A DNA stretch of 64,000 nt from an uncultured delta proteobacterium (GTDB taxonomy: Bacteria > Myxococcota > Myxococcia > Myxococcales > Anaeromyxobacteraceae), in assembly GCA_963845515.1 (NCBI GenBank), contig CAWJSR010000029.1, forward strand, positions 96,001-160,000, in the 5' to 3' direction. The translations under genes were made by a program, and so were the position numbers. The notes beneath the pieces were generated by a model that saw only the letters and a list, made by a program, of their open reading frames with translations, did not search any database and was not told the DNA's origin. Positions 30,345 through 42,324 of the stretch are shown one piece after another; position 1 is the stretch's first letter; each line of letters starts with the position of its first letter.

Positions 30345-32678
30345 GTGACCCGGGGAGGCGCGCTCCTCGCCCCAGCGCTGACGTTCGCGCTCGGCGCGGC
30401 TATCGGGAGCACGGGCCATGACTACCCAATAGGGTTAGCTGCGCTCCTTCCGACCGTCGCGGTGCCAGCCGCAGCCCCGCTCGCGTTTGGCTCGGCCGGC
30501 TGGCTGGCCGCGGACCTCGTTCGAGGCGAGCCACATACCGCCCCCGCCTCGCCCGTGGAGTTGGTGGGGGTGGTGACGTCGGTCCCGACCCTCCTCGGAG
30601 ACCGGGTCCGATTCATCCTCTCCACGGCGCCCTGGGGACGCGTGGAGGCCGTCGGCGCCGAGCCGGAGTGGCCACTGGCTCTGGGCGATCGGGTCCGGTT
30701 CCGCGCCCGGCTCCGCCCCCCAGCGGGGCCGCGAAACCCGGGCGGACGAGACCCGTCGGCGCGGCTTCGCGCCCTGGGAGGCTCGCTGGAGGCGGTCGGC
30801 CAGTCGCCGATCGTGCGCGTGGCAGAGCCCTCCCCCCTCGCCTGGCTGGAGCGCGCCCGCCGGCGCTGGGCGGAGGCCACCGCCGTCCTTCCGGACCGCG
30901 AGGCGGGCGTCCTGCGCGCGATCGGGACCGGGGATCGGGCTGGGCTGGACCGTGAGACGTCCAGGGCCTTCGCGAGGAGCGGGCTCGCGCACGTCCTGGC
31001 GGTCTCCGGGCTCCACCTGGTCGTCGTGGCCTGGGGGCTCTTCCGGCTCGTGGCCGCCGTGGTCATCAGGATCGATCGGCTGGCGCTCCACCACGACGCT
31101 CGCCGGATCGCGGCCGGCGTCGCCCTCCCTGCCACGTTCGTCTACGCGCTCGCGACGGGGGCCGGTCCGCCGGTGCTCCGCGCAGCGGTAGGTGCAGGCG
31201 CGGCCTTCCTCGGGATCCTGGTGCGGCGCGAGCTGGACGCCGCCGGCGCCCTCGCAGCGGCCGCCCTCGCAGTCCTCGCGCTGGAGCCTGGCGCGATCCT
31301 CGACCCATCGCTCCAGCTCTCCTTCGCGGCGGTCGCCGGGCTGGCGCTCGGGTCGGCGCAGCTTCGGCGGGCGCTCCCATGGCCCCGCCCCCCCTGTGGC
31401 TCGTGGCGCGCACGGCTCCTGGAGCCGTTCGTCGAGGGGGGCTGCGCCACGGCGGCGGCCTCGATCGCCACCGCCCCGATCCTCGCACACCACTTCCGGC
31501 AGCTGCCGCTCCTGGGGCTCGCCGCCAACGTGGCCGCCGTACCCATCGGCGCGGCCCTGACGGCGCTCGGCGCTGCCGGCGCGCTGGCCGCGGCGGCGTG
31601 GCCTCCGCTCGCACTCCCCGTCCTCTACCTGGCGTGGCCCTTTGCGCGAGCGCTGGTGGCGCTTGCCGAGTGGTCGGCCGCGCCCTCGTGGGGCGCCATC
31701 CACCTTGCCCGCCCCGCGCTCGCGCTGTCTGCAGGCTTCGTCCTGCTGGTGCTCGTCGCGACCTTCGCGCGCGGCTGGCGACGTGCGACCGCCTTCGCGG
31801 CGGCCGCGTGCTGCCTCGCCGTCTCGGGACCGGTGCGCGCCGAGGCCGCACGGCGACGCGGCGGACTCGAGGTGATCTTCGTCTCGGTGGGCCAGGGCGA
31901 CTGCGCGCTGCTGAGGCTGCCGGACGGGAGCGCGGTCCTCGTCGACGGTGGCGGAGCGCCCGAGGGTGGCGCCGACCCGGGCGAGCGCGACGTCGTGCCT
32001 CTCCTCCGCGACGTCGGGGTTACGCGGCTCGCGGCCGTCTTCGCGTCTCACCCCCACCCCGATCATGTGCTCGGCCTCGCCGCGGTCGCCGAGGCGCTCC
32101 CCGTGGACCTGTTCTTCACGAACGGCCGGGCGCCCTTCGGGGACTCGGCAGAGGCACTCTCGGGCCTACCCGACCCGATCGCCCTGGAGCCCGGGGACGG
32201 CTGGCAGCGCGCCGGCGTACGCTTCGACGCCGTGGGAGGCCGCCGCGCGGCGCTGGAGGAGAACGATGCGTCGCTCGTCCTGAGGGTCTCGTACGGAGCC
32301 ACGGTCTTCCTCTTCCCCGGGGACGTCGAGGAGGCGGGCGAGGCGGCCGCCGTGGCAGCCGGCGGGCTCGCCGCGACGGTCGTGAAGATCCCACACCACG
32401 GGAGCCGTCGAAGCTCGACCGAGCCGTTCGTCCGCGCCGTGCGCCCGCGCCTCGCGGTCGTCAACCACGGCCGCGGCAACCGCTACGGGTTCCCGCACGC
32501 GGAGGCGGTGGCCCGGTGGAGAGGAGCCGGTGCGGAGGTGCTGGAGACGGTGGAGGGGGCCGTCCGCCTGCTGTCGGACGGCGTGACCGTCAGCCGGGTC
32601 GACGCCGACGCGGTGCTGGACCCGCTCGCCCTGCTCCGCGAGCGGATCGGCTCGCCGAGTGAGGGGGGGAGGCCGTGA
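30345..32678 (+). CDS. comEC: DNA uptake channel ComEC/Rec2
   Basis: RNPGG, GLAHVLAVSGLH, SLQLSF, VGQGD, SHPHPDH, ENDASLV, KIPHHGS, NRYGFPH. Confidence 0.93.
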   Translation: MTRGGALLAPALTFALGAAIGSTGHDYPIGLAALLPTVAVPAAAPLAFGSAGWLAADLVRGEPHTAPASPVELVGVVTSVPTLLGDRVRFILSTAPWGRVEAVGAEPEWPLALGDRVRFRARLRPPAGPRNPGGRDPSARLRALGGSLEAVGQSPIVRVAEPSPLAWLERARRRWAEATAVLPDREAGVLRAIGTGDRAGLDRETSRAFARSGLAHVLAVSGLHLVVVAWGLFRLVAAVVIRIDRLALHHDARRIAAGVALPATFVYALATGAGPPVLRAAVGAGAAFLGILVRRELDAAGALAAAALAVLALEPGAILDPSLQLSFAAVAGLALGSAQLRRALPWPRPPCGSWRARLLEPFVEGGCATAAASIATAPILAHHFRQLPLLGLAANVAAVPIGAALTALGAAGALAAAAWPPLALPVLYLAWPFARALVALAEWSAAPSWGAIHLARPALALSAGFVLLVLVATFARGWRRATAFAAAACCLAVSGPVRAEAARRRGGLEVIFVSVGQGDCALLRLPDGSAVLVDGGGAPEGGADPGERDVVPLLRDVGVTRLAAVFASHPHPDHVLGLAAVAEALPVDLFFTNGRAPFGDSAEALSGLPDPIALEPGDGWQRAGVRFDAVGGRRAALEENDASLVLRVSYGATVFLFPGDVEEAGEAAAVAAGGLAATVVKIPHHGSRRSSTEPFVRAVRPRLAVVNHGRGNRYGFPHAEAVARWRGAGAEVLETVEGAVRLLSDGVTVSRVDADAVLDPLALLRERIGSPSEGGRP

Positions 32679-33235
32679 GCCGTTCATCGAGCTGCGGCCC
32701 GACGGCGGCGCCCGCCGGGACCGGCCCAGCGCCGGGACCAGGCAACGCGACGCGGATCGCCGCGAGCGCGCTGCTGCGAGGAGAGGCCTCGCTCGAGCCG
32801 CGCCTGCTCGTGATCGAGGGACCCGACGCAGGACGCGCGCTGAGGATCGGCCCCTGCCAGACCGTCGGACGCGGCCGCGGCGCGGATCTGAGGCTCACGG
32901 ACCCGGCGGCGTCGCGGGTCCACCTGCGGCTCTCGCGCATCGACGGCCGCATAGTCGCCGCCGACCTCGACTCCAAGAATGGCCTGCTCGTCAACGATCG
33001 CCCCTGCCGCGGTGTCCGCGCGCTGGCGCCGGGCGACGAGCTCGCGATCGGCGCGACGCGACTCAGGCTGGAGCCTGGTCTCCTCGACCAGGCCGAGCGG
33101 GCCGTACCGCCCGGAGCTCCCCTCTCCCGCCACGTGGAGGCGGGCGGGGTGAGGGGGCGCCACTCCGGCGCCTCGCTCCTCGCCGCGGCCGCCGCGCTCG
33201 CAGCGCTGGCGGCCGCCCTGTTGGCCGCGCCCTGA
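32675..33235 (+). CDS. FHA-domain protein with C-terminal membrane anchor
   Basis: VGRG...L.DP.ASRVH and DLDSKNGLLVN FHA motifs; hydrophobic C-terminus; GTGA overlap with comEC. Confidence 0.85.
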   Translation: MSRSSSCGPTAAPAGTGPAPGPGNATRIAASALLRGEASLEPRLLVIEGPDAGRALRIGPCQTVGRGRGADLRLTDPAASRVHLRLSRIDGRIVAADLDSKNGLLVNDRPCRGVRALAPGDELAIGATRLRLEPGLLDQAERAVPPGAPLSRHVEAGGVRGRHSGASLLAAAAALAALAAALLAAP

Positions 33236-33258
33236 GATCGGCCTGCTCCCTCGGCCGA

Positions 33259-35130
33259 TCAGCGCGTGGCGGGCGCTAGCTCGGTAGCCCAGCGGCGAGC
33301 GCGGGACCGCCGCTCCTCGTTCACGTCGCCCGCCAGGCTCGCGGCGTAGCGCCTGTAGGTGTCAGGCGCCGCCGGATCGCGGAGCATCCGCTGGCACTCG
33401 GCCAGCCCCCAGATCGGCTCAGCGCGCGCGGCGTCGAGGTCGAGCGCCGCCTTGTAGTCGGCGGCCGCCTCCCTGTACTTGCGAAGGCCGAACTTCGCGC
33501 TGCCGCGAGCCGTGTAGGCGACGGCCAGGTTCGGGTCGAGGGTGACGGCCGCGTCCAGCTCGGCGATCGCCCCGAGGTAGTCCCGCTGGATGTACAGCGA
33601 GAGGGCCGCGCGGTAGCGCTGGGCGGCCGCGTTGATCGATGCAGGGACCTGCGGCGGCTGGCCGTATGGAGCCTGCGCAGCTCCCTGCGATGGATAGCCA
33701 GGCTGGGGCTGCTGCCCAGCCGGCGCCTGCGCGTACCCGGGCTGCGCGTACTGTGGCGGCTGCCCGTACTGCTGCTGCGGGTACTGGGGCTGAGCGTACT
33801 GCGGCGGCTGATACTCCTGGGCGCCGCCATCCTGGGGCTGGTTGGCTGGCTGCTGACCGTACTGGCCATACTGCGAAGGCTGCGGTGACGGGGCCGTCGG
33901 CGCCGGCAGGGGCATCGGCATCGAGTAGCCTGGCGTGGTGCTCGGCTGCGGCCCCTGCAGGAGTGGCGGCGGCGGCATCGGCCTCGACTCCTCTTCCGGG
34001 GCGAGCTTGTAGATCCGCGGACCGCTGCTCGCCGGAGGACCGGACGGGGGGACGCTCCCCTGCCCGACAGCTTCGCCCGACGCCCCGCTGGCGCCCTGCG
34101 CGCCACCTCCCGCCTCTGCGGCCCCGGCGACGGCCGGACGAGGCGCCTTGCGCGCCTCGTCGATCATGCGAGCGATGGAAGGATCGGTCGGCGCCAGCTG
34201 GGCCGCCTGGAGCCACTGCTCGTCCGCCTGCCCGACGTACCGGAGGATCCAGTAGGCCCGACCGAGCTTCACGCGCGCGATCGCGTGACGCGGGTCCAGG
34301 TAGACGGCGTCCTGGTACGCGAAGAGCGCACCGCGGTAATCGCCTGAGGCCTGCAGTCGATCACCGAGTGCCAGCTTGTCGAGCAGCGCCGGGCTGGGTG
34401 GCGACGCAGGCTCGACGGCCGGGCGAGGCGGTGGCGCCGGCTCGACGATGGGCTGGATGACCACCCGCGGCGCGGGGGTCGTCGCGACCACGCCCGAAGG
34501 GGCGGCGAGGCTCGTCGGCTCGGTCGAAGGCAGCGGGATCGACGGTGGAGGCGGCGTCGCGGGGACGGCGACGGCGGGCGTGGGAGCCGGTGCCTCGGCG
34601 CGGAGCTGGGCGATCGCGCCCCTGGCCTTCTCCCCGAGCGCAGGCTCGGCCTTGCGCGCGTCGGCGGCTTCGGCGACGAGCTGGTACTCCTTGATGGCGG
34701 GCTCTCGCTCGTTCAGCGCACGCAGGACGTCGCCCAGGCGGAAGCGGGCGTCGGTGTCGTCCGGCTTGATCAGGAGGTACCGACGGTAGGCGTCGCGCGC
34801 CCTCGCCATGTCCCCGGCGCGGCGCGCGGCGAGCGCCAGGTTGAACCAGTTGTTGGCGAAGGAGCCGTCGATCTCCACCGCACGCTGAAACGCCTCGGCC
34901 GCCTCGCGGAAGCTCTTCGCGCCGAAGTGGAGCTTGCCGATCTCCTCCCAGGCCTCGACGTAGTCGGGCGAGACCTGAAGGGCCTCGCGGTACGCCGCGA
35001 GCGCACCGGCGCTGTCGCCGGCGTCGCGCCGGGCGTCCCCCTGCGCCTTCCGCGTCGAGGCTTCGGGCGCGGGGGCGGCGGCGAGGGCGGGCGTTGCCGC
35101 TACCAGGAGGGCGAGTGCGAGAGCGCGCAT
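33259..35130 (-). CDS. Secreted TPR protein with Pro- and Gln/Pro/Tyr-rich linkers
   Basis: Signal peptide MRALALALLVAATPALA; three TPR clusters separated by low-complexity segments (QYGQPPQYAQP). Confidence 0.85.
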   Translation of the reverse strand: MRALALALLVAATPALAAAPAPEASTRKAQGDARRDAGDSAGALAAYREALQVSPDYVEAWEEIGKLHFGAKSFREAAEAFQRAVEIDGSFANNWFNLALAARRAGDMARARDAYRRYLLIKPDDTDARFRLGDVLRALNEREPAIKEYQLVAEAADARKAEPALGEKARGAIAQLRAEAPAPTPAVAVPATPPPPSIPLPSTEPTSLAAPSGVVATTPAPRVVIQPIVEPAPPPRPAVEPASPPSPALLDKLALGDRLQASGDYRGALFAYQDAVYLDPRHAIARVKLGRAYWILRYVGQADEQWLQAAQLAPTDPSIARMIDEARKAPRPAVAGAAEAGGGAQGASGASGEAVGQGSVPPSGPPASSGPRIYKLAPEEESRPMPPPPLLQGPQPSTTPGYSMPMPLPAPTAPSPQPSQYGQYGQQPANQPQDGGAQEYQPPQYAQPQYPQQQYGQPPQYAQPGYAQAPAGQQPQPGYPSQGAAQAPYGQPPQVPASINAAAQRYRAALSLYIQRDYLGAIAELDAAVTLDPNLAVAYTARGSAKFGLRKYREAAADYKAALDLDAARAEPIWGLAECQRMLRDPAAPDTYRRYAASLAGDVNEERRSRARRWATELAPATR

Positions 35131-35214
35131 GGGACCCATGATACGACAGCGCCGCGGCCGCACGCTCCCGCGAAAACGGGACGCGGCGCCGCGGCGCTTC
35201 GAAGGGGTGAAGCG

Positions 35215-37634
<2,420 letters not shown>

Positions 37635-37713
37635 TGGACGGGCGCACTCTACACGGGCGCGAGCGGTACGGGAACGGGATGGATACCCCCGGTCACCACC
37701 ACGACTGGTCTCC

Positions 37714-40086
37714 TCATGGGTCCTCCCGCGTCACTGATCGAAGGCCGCGGCGCCGGGCGCCCTGCCGCTCGAGGACCGCGAGCCCGGCCAGCAGCGCCAG
37801 GCCCGCGAACGTCACCCCGATCCCCCAACGGACCTCGGGTGGATCGTAGGCCATCTCCAGGACATGCCGGCCCGCGGGCCAGCGCACCGCGCGCACCAGG
37901 ATGTCCGCGGGGAGGATCTCGACCTCACGCCCGTCGATCGCGGCGCGCCAGCCAGGAGAGTACGCGTCGTTGACGACGAGCAGAGACGGCTCCCGCGTCT
38001 CTCCGACGATCCGGATCCGCTCGACCTGCCGCTCGACGGAGCGGATCACCCCCGCCGCAGAAGGGACCGGCTCCAGTGATTCGACGAAGACGGTCGGGTC
38101 GTCGTCGTCGATGGCAGCCAGCAGCCGGGGGTGCACCTCCAGCGGAGATGAGAGCGCCACCGCGGCCTCGGCGAAGAGCGCCCAGGGCCGATGGGGGACG
38201 GCCCAGATCGTCGCCCCGACCATCCGGTCCGCGCCCGCCAGCTGGCCGTCTGCGGTCGCGGCCACGGCGATCTCCGCGTCGCGCGAGCCCTGCGGCGGCG
38301 GCACCACGACGTGCGTGACGAAGAAGCGACGGTACCCTCTCCACCGCCCCCCATCGGCGAGCGCACCGTTGAGGTTGGACCAGCGCTTCGGCACGAGGCC
38401 GGAGTACAGGCTGATGTTGTCGAGGCGCGCGCCGACGTTGAGCGAAGGAAGGCCGAGACGCGCCAGGGTCACCCGCGAGTCGAGGGGCAACGCTCTGGGA
38501 ACCTCTGCGCGGCTGTCCCTGGCGAACGGCACGAGGATCCGCGGCGCGGGCGAGGGGCCCGCGACGCCAGGAGGGGAGCGCTCCTCGGCCTCGAGCCGCG
38601 CCTGCAGGCTCGTGGCCAGCGGGGTCTCGGCCGCCGACTGGGCGAAGACCAGCCCGGCCATCGCGGGAAGCATCCAGCCGGGGCGCCAGCGTCGCGACGC
38701 CGCGAGGAGGCCCGTCAGGAAGGCCAGCGGTACGACGGCGTGCAACATCCCGTAGGCGAGGTGCTCCCGGGTCCGCGCAGGGGCGTCCTGCGGCGCGGGA
38801 GTCGACAGCTGCGCGTCCGGCGCGTTTCCGACCCGCCCGAAGAAGCCCTCGACGCGGGCGGGCGCGAGCCACGTCAGGAGCCCAGCCACGGCGCAGCCGG
38901 TCAGCAGCAGGCTCGCGCAGCGAACCAGCCAGCGGGGGGCTCCGACCGTCGTGATCCGATCGGCGCCAAACGCGCAGAGCACCGCCACACAGAGCGTGAT
39001 CGGCGCCATCAGCTTCTCTGAGTATCGAAAGGCGCTCCAGATCGGGACTGCGGACGACACCTGCGCCGCGCCGAGCCGATGCCCGAACGCCAGCCACAGG
39101 AAGACGCCGGCCGCGGCGACCAGGATGCGCGACGTTCGCGTCCGCCCGGCGCCCCCAGCCGCGAGGACGAGGACGGCCCCACCGATGAAGACGCTCTCGG
39201 CGAAGGGGGCGGCCCACTTGCTGGAGCCACCGAGGAGCAGATAGGGCTCTGCTCCCCCGTTCACGAAGAAGCCAGGCGCGATCCACTCGACGAGGCGCCA
39301 CGGCTCGAGCGGCCACTGCACCTGATCCAGCTCGCTCACCCCGGCCGATCGGCTGCATTGCTGGAGGAAGACCCAGGACGGCAGGAGCTGGACGCCGGCG
39401 ATGACGATCCCGAGCGCGGCACCCTTCGCGGCGCGGGCGAGCCCCCGCAGGCCCCCGGCGTCCGCTGCCAGGACGCCGCCGAGCGCGAGGCCCCACGCGA
39501 GCGTCTGGAACTCTCCGGAGAACGCGCAGACGGCGACGGCGGCCGCGGCACCGACGAGCTGCCACGGACCCGCCGACGGCGCCGCCAGCCGGCGCACCGC
39601 TGCCAGCAACCATGGAGCGGAGGCGGCGCCCGCGAGGAAGACCAGGTTTCCCGCCATCGACACGGTGTACCCGGCGAGGCCATAGGCAAACCCTGCGCAG
39701 GCCGAGGCGGCGCGGCTTGCGCCGAGCGTCTGCGCGAGCGCGTAGGCGCCCAACGCTGCGAGGACCAGGTGGAGCAGGATGGCGGCGTCGAGCCCTGCCC
39801 CCGGCAACAGGGCGGTGATCAGGGAGACGGGGTGCAGGACGCCGTGAATCGCCTGCGCGAAGAGCGGAACTCCGGCCCCCTCGTACGGATTCCAGCGCGG
39901 CAGCGTCCCCATCCGGACGGCGCGGACGACGAGCTCACGCATGGGCTCATAGAGCCGGAAGCTGTCCCGGGCCACGAGCGTCGCCGCTCCGGCAATCACC
40001 GGACCGAAGGGCACCAGCGCGCCGACGACGACGAGCGTCGGCCAGAGGAGCGCGGTGCGCGCAGCGTGCGAGGCCATCAGCTTCAC
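37714..40086 (-). CDS. YfhO-like polytopic membrane protein (putative GT-C glycosyltransferase)
   Basis: RD...YEP, LPRWNPY..AG.PLFA, many TMs, C-terminal LVVNDAYSPGWRA.IDG...VRAV...AGRH.LEM.Y. Confidence 0.8.
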   Translation of the reverse strand: MKLMASHAARTALLWPTLVVVGALVPFGPVIAGAATLVARDSFRLYEPMRELVVRAVRMGTLPRWNPYEGAGVPLFAQAIHGVLHPVSLITALLPGAGLDAAILLHLVLAALGAYALAQTLGASRAASACAGFAYGLAGYTVSMAGNLVFLAGAASAPWLLAAVRRLAAPSAGPWQLVGAAAAVAVCAFSGEFQTLAWGLALGGVLAADAGGLRGLARAAKGAALGIVIAGVQLLPSWVFLQQCSRSAGVSELDQVQWPLEPWRLVEWIAPGFFVNGGAEPYLLLGGSSKWAAPFAESVFIGGAVLVLAAGGAGRTRTSRILVAAAGVFLWLAFGHRLGAAQVSSAVPIWSAFRYSEKLMAPITLCVAVLCAFGADRITTVGAPRWLVRCASLLLTGCAVAGLLTWLAPARVEGFFGRVGNAPDAQLSTPAPQDAPARTREHLAYGMLHAVVPLAFLTGLLAASRRWRPGWMLPAMAGLVFAQSAAETPLATSLQARLEAEERSPPGVAGPSPAPRILVPFARDSRAEVPRALPLDSRVTLARLGLPSLNVGARLDNISLYSGLVPKRWSNLNGALADGGRWRGYRRFFVTHVVVPPPQGSRDAEIAVAATADGQLAGADRMVGATIWAVPHRPWALFAEAAVALSSPLEVHPRLLAAIDDDDPTVFVESLEPVPSAAGVIRSVERQVERIRIVGETREPSLLVVNDAYSPGWRAAIDGREVEILPADILVRAVRWPAGRHVLEMAYDPPEVRWGIGVTFAGLALLAGLAVLERQGARRRGLRSVTREDP

Positions 40087-40193
40087 TGCTCGCTGTAGTC
40101 GGCGCGCAGGAACACCTTGAACCGCGCGGACCGCCGCCGATCCGCCGCGCCCGGGTCCGTTGCCCCGGCCGTCGATTTCGGGCGCTTTCCCAT
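40083..40193 (-). CDS. 36-aa ORF resembling the start of a PilZ domain (remnant or peptide)
   Basis: MGKRPKSTAGATDPGAADRRRSARFKVFLRADYSEQ*; its stop overlaps the YfhO-like GTG (GTGA). Confidence 0.45.
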   Translation of the reverse strand: MGKRPKSTAGATDPGAADRRRSARFKVFLRADYSEQ

Positions 40194-40498
40194 GATCCGG
40201 CGTGCTTCGCCGACCTGCCCCCTCAGCCAGTCGAGCCTACTCCCCGCCGCGGACGCCGGCCACCCAAAAGTCGTGCGCCGCGCGCCGCGTGACGGCGCGC
40301 GGTTGCTTCACTCACCGTGACCTCTGCGCGAGATCGCGCGGGCCGCAGCGCCCGCACCCGCGCCGGTGCCTTTGCGTTGCCCACCCAGCGCGCCACCCGC
40401 TCAGGGGCGCCCTCCTGTCGCAGTCCTGCCCGGGGCGGCGCGTCGGGCATGGCCCCGACCCTAGGATGACGCAGGTCGTTCGAACCGGGGAGGGGTCC

Positions 40499-42310
40499 GT
40501 GGAACGAACCGTCTTCGGCGCGCCGGGGCGTCCGCGCCATCTGGCCGTCACGCTCCAGCGCGCTGCCGCCGCGCTCGCGCTCCTCACGCCGCCTGGCACC
40601 GCACTCGCGCTCGACCTCTCGCTGGGCGTGCCGGGGCTGGAAATCCGGTTCGACAACACGCTGCGGGGCAACGTCGGGCTGCGCACCGATCCCATCGATC
40701 CGTTGCTCGGCGAGAACCCGGCTTTCACCGCCGGCGAGCACAGCGTGGAGCAGGGGGGGCTCACCACGGGGCGGCTCGACCTCCTCTCCGAGCTCGACCT
40801 CGCGTTCGAGGGGCGATACGGCGCGCGCGTCAGCGCGGCGGGCTGGTACGATCTCGCCTATCGCAGCGGGACCGTCACGCGCAGCCCGACCCTCGTCGCC
40901 GCCGGGACCCCAGGGAGCTACGTCGGCGACGAGTACTCGGACTACACGCTCCACCGCTACCGCGGTCCCTGGGGCGAGCTGCTCGACGCGTTCGCCTTCG
41001 CGACGGTCGACGCCGCCGGGGTTCCCGTCACGCTGAAGGCGGGACGGCACGCCGTCTACTGGGGCGAGTCGCTCATGCTCGCCGGCGCTATCCATGGCGT
41101 CTCGTACTCGCAGATGCCCCTGGACCTGCAGAAGGGCTTCGCCGTCCCGGGCACCGACGCGAAGGAGCTGTTCCGGCCGCTGGCGAGCGTGTCGGCGCAG
41201 GCACAGCTCACGCCGGCGCTCTCCCTGGCGGCGCAGCTGTTCCTGGAGTGGCAGTCCTTCCTCTACCCGGAGGGAGGCACGTTCCTGGGCACAGGCGACT
41301 TCGCCTTCAACGGCCCCGACGGCGGCGGCGTCAGGAATCCGGCAGGGGGGCCGCCTCCGACCTACTACCTCGCGAACGGCGGCGTCAGCTGGCCACGGGA
41401 CTTCGGCGACTGGGGTGTCGCGGTGCGCTGGCGCCCACGGTGGCTCGACGGGACGCTCGGGATCTATTACCGCCGCTACACCGACAAGTTCGCGGCGATG
41501 CTCGTCACCGCGAACCCGGGCGCCGTGGGGCCGCTCAGCCCGGCGATCCCCTCCCCGTTCAAGTACCAGCAGTACTACGCGGAGGACGTCGACCTCGTCG
41601 GCCTCAGCCTCGCGCGGCAGATCGCCGGGGCCAGCGTCGGGGCCGAGCTCAGCTGGCGGCACGACACGCCCCTCGCCGCGCAGTCGCTTGGCTGGGCGGA
41701 GCCACCGGCGCCCGCGCTGGAGCCGATCCTCTTCCCGCACGCCCCGCCGTCGCTCGTCGGCAACAGCTACCAGGCGCGCGGCGACACGCTCCACGCGGTG
41801 CTCAACGCGATCGGCGTCGTCACGGCGCCTGCCTTCTCCAGCGCGAGCTGGGCCGTCGAGGTCACCTACAGCGGGTGGCTGGACGTACGTGAGAACCGGG
41901 ACATGTTCTACGGAGAGGGCTACGGCGTGTGCCGCGATGATCCGGCGCTCGCGGGGCTCGCGCGGACGGCGTCGGACGGCTGCGCCACGCGAGCTCACGT
42001 CGCCGTCGGCGCGAGCTTCACGCCGACCTGGTTCCGGGTCTTCCCGGGCGTCGACCTCTTGGCGCCGCTCTCGGGCTCCTGGACGATCCGGGGCAACTCC
42101 CCCGTGGCGATGGGGGGGAACGAGGGGAGCGGGACGTACGGAGTCGGCGTCGGCGCCGACGTCCGCAACTTCCTGCGGGTGGACCTCAAGCTCGTGGACT
42201 TCTTCGGCCGCACCCGGGACGACGGAAGGGTCGTCACCTCGGCGAACGGACAGCTCGCGCTCCTTGGAAGCCGCGGAAGCGTCACGCTCACGGCGAAGGC
42301 CACGTTCTAA
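40499..42310 (+). CDS. DUF1302-family outer-membrane beta-barrel protein
   Basis: GGAGG RBS then GTG; signal peptide; RFDNTLR, RLDLLSELD, ELLDAF, GRH.VYWGES, KELFRP; C-terminal aromatic residue (KATF). Confidence 0.85.
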   Translation: MERTVFGAPGRPRHLAVTLQRAAAALALLTPPGTALALDLSLGVPGLEIRFDNTLRGNVGLRTDPIDPLLGENPAFTAGEHSVEQGGLTTGRLDLLSELDLAFEGRYGARVSAAGWYDLAYRSGTVTRSPTLVAAGTPGSYVGDEYSDYTLHRYRGPWGELLDAFAFATVDAAGVPVTLKAGRHAVYWGESLMLAGAIHGVSYSQMPLDLQKGFAVPGTDAKELFRPLASVSAQAQLTPALSLAAQLFLEWQSFLYPEGGTFLGTGDFAFNGPDGGGVRNPAGGPPPTYYLANGGVSWPRDFGDWGVAVRWRPRWLDGTLGIYYRRYTDKFAAMLVTANPGAVGPLSPAIPSPFKYQQYYAEDVDLVGLSLARQIAGASVGAELSWRHDTPLAAQSLGWAEPPAPALEPILFPHAPPSLVGNSYQARGDTLHAVLNAIGVVTAPAFSSASWAVEVTYSGWLDVRENRDMFYGEGYGVCRDDPALAGLARTASDGCATRAHVAVGASFTPTWFRVFPGVDLLAPLSGSWTIRGNSPVAMGGNEGSGTYGVGVGADVRNFLRVDLKLVDFFGRTRDDGRVVTSANGQLALLGSRGSVTLTAKATF

Positions 42311-42324
42311 CACCGGAGGCGGAC

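Noticed and set aside
40278..40307. sigma54 promoter for the DUF1302 operon (CGGCGCGCGGTTGCT)
   Set aside because: GG-to-GC spacing is 9 nt, not 10; the sequence is one arm of a GC-rich hairpin of unknown significance.
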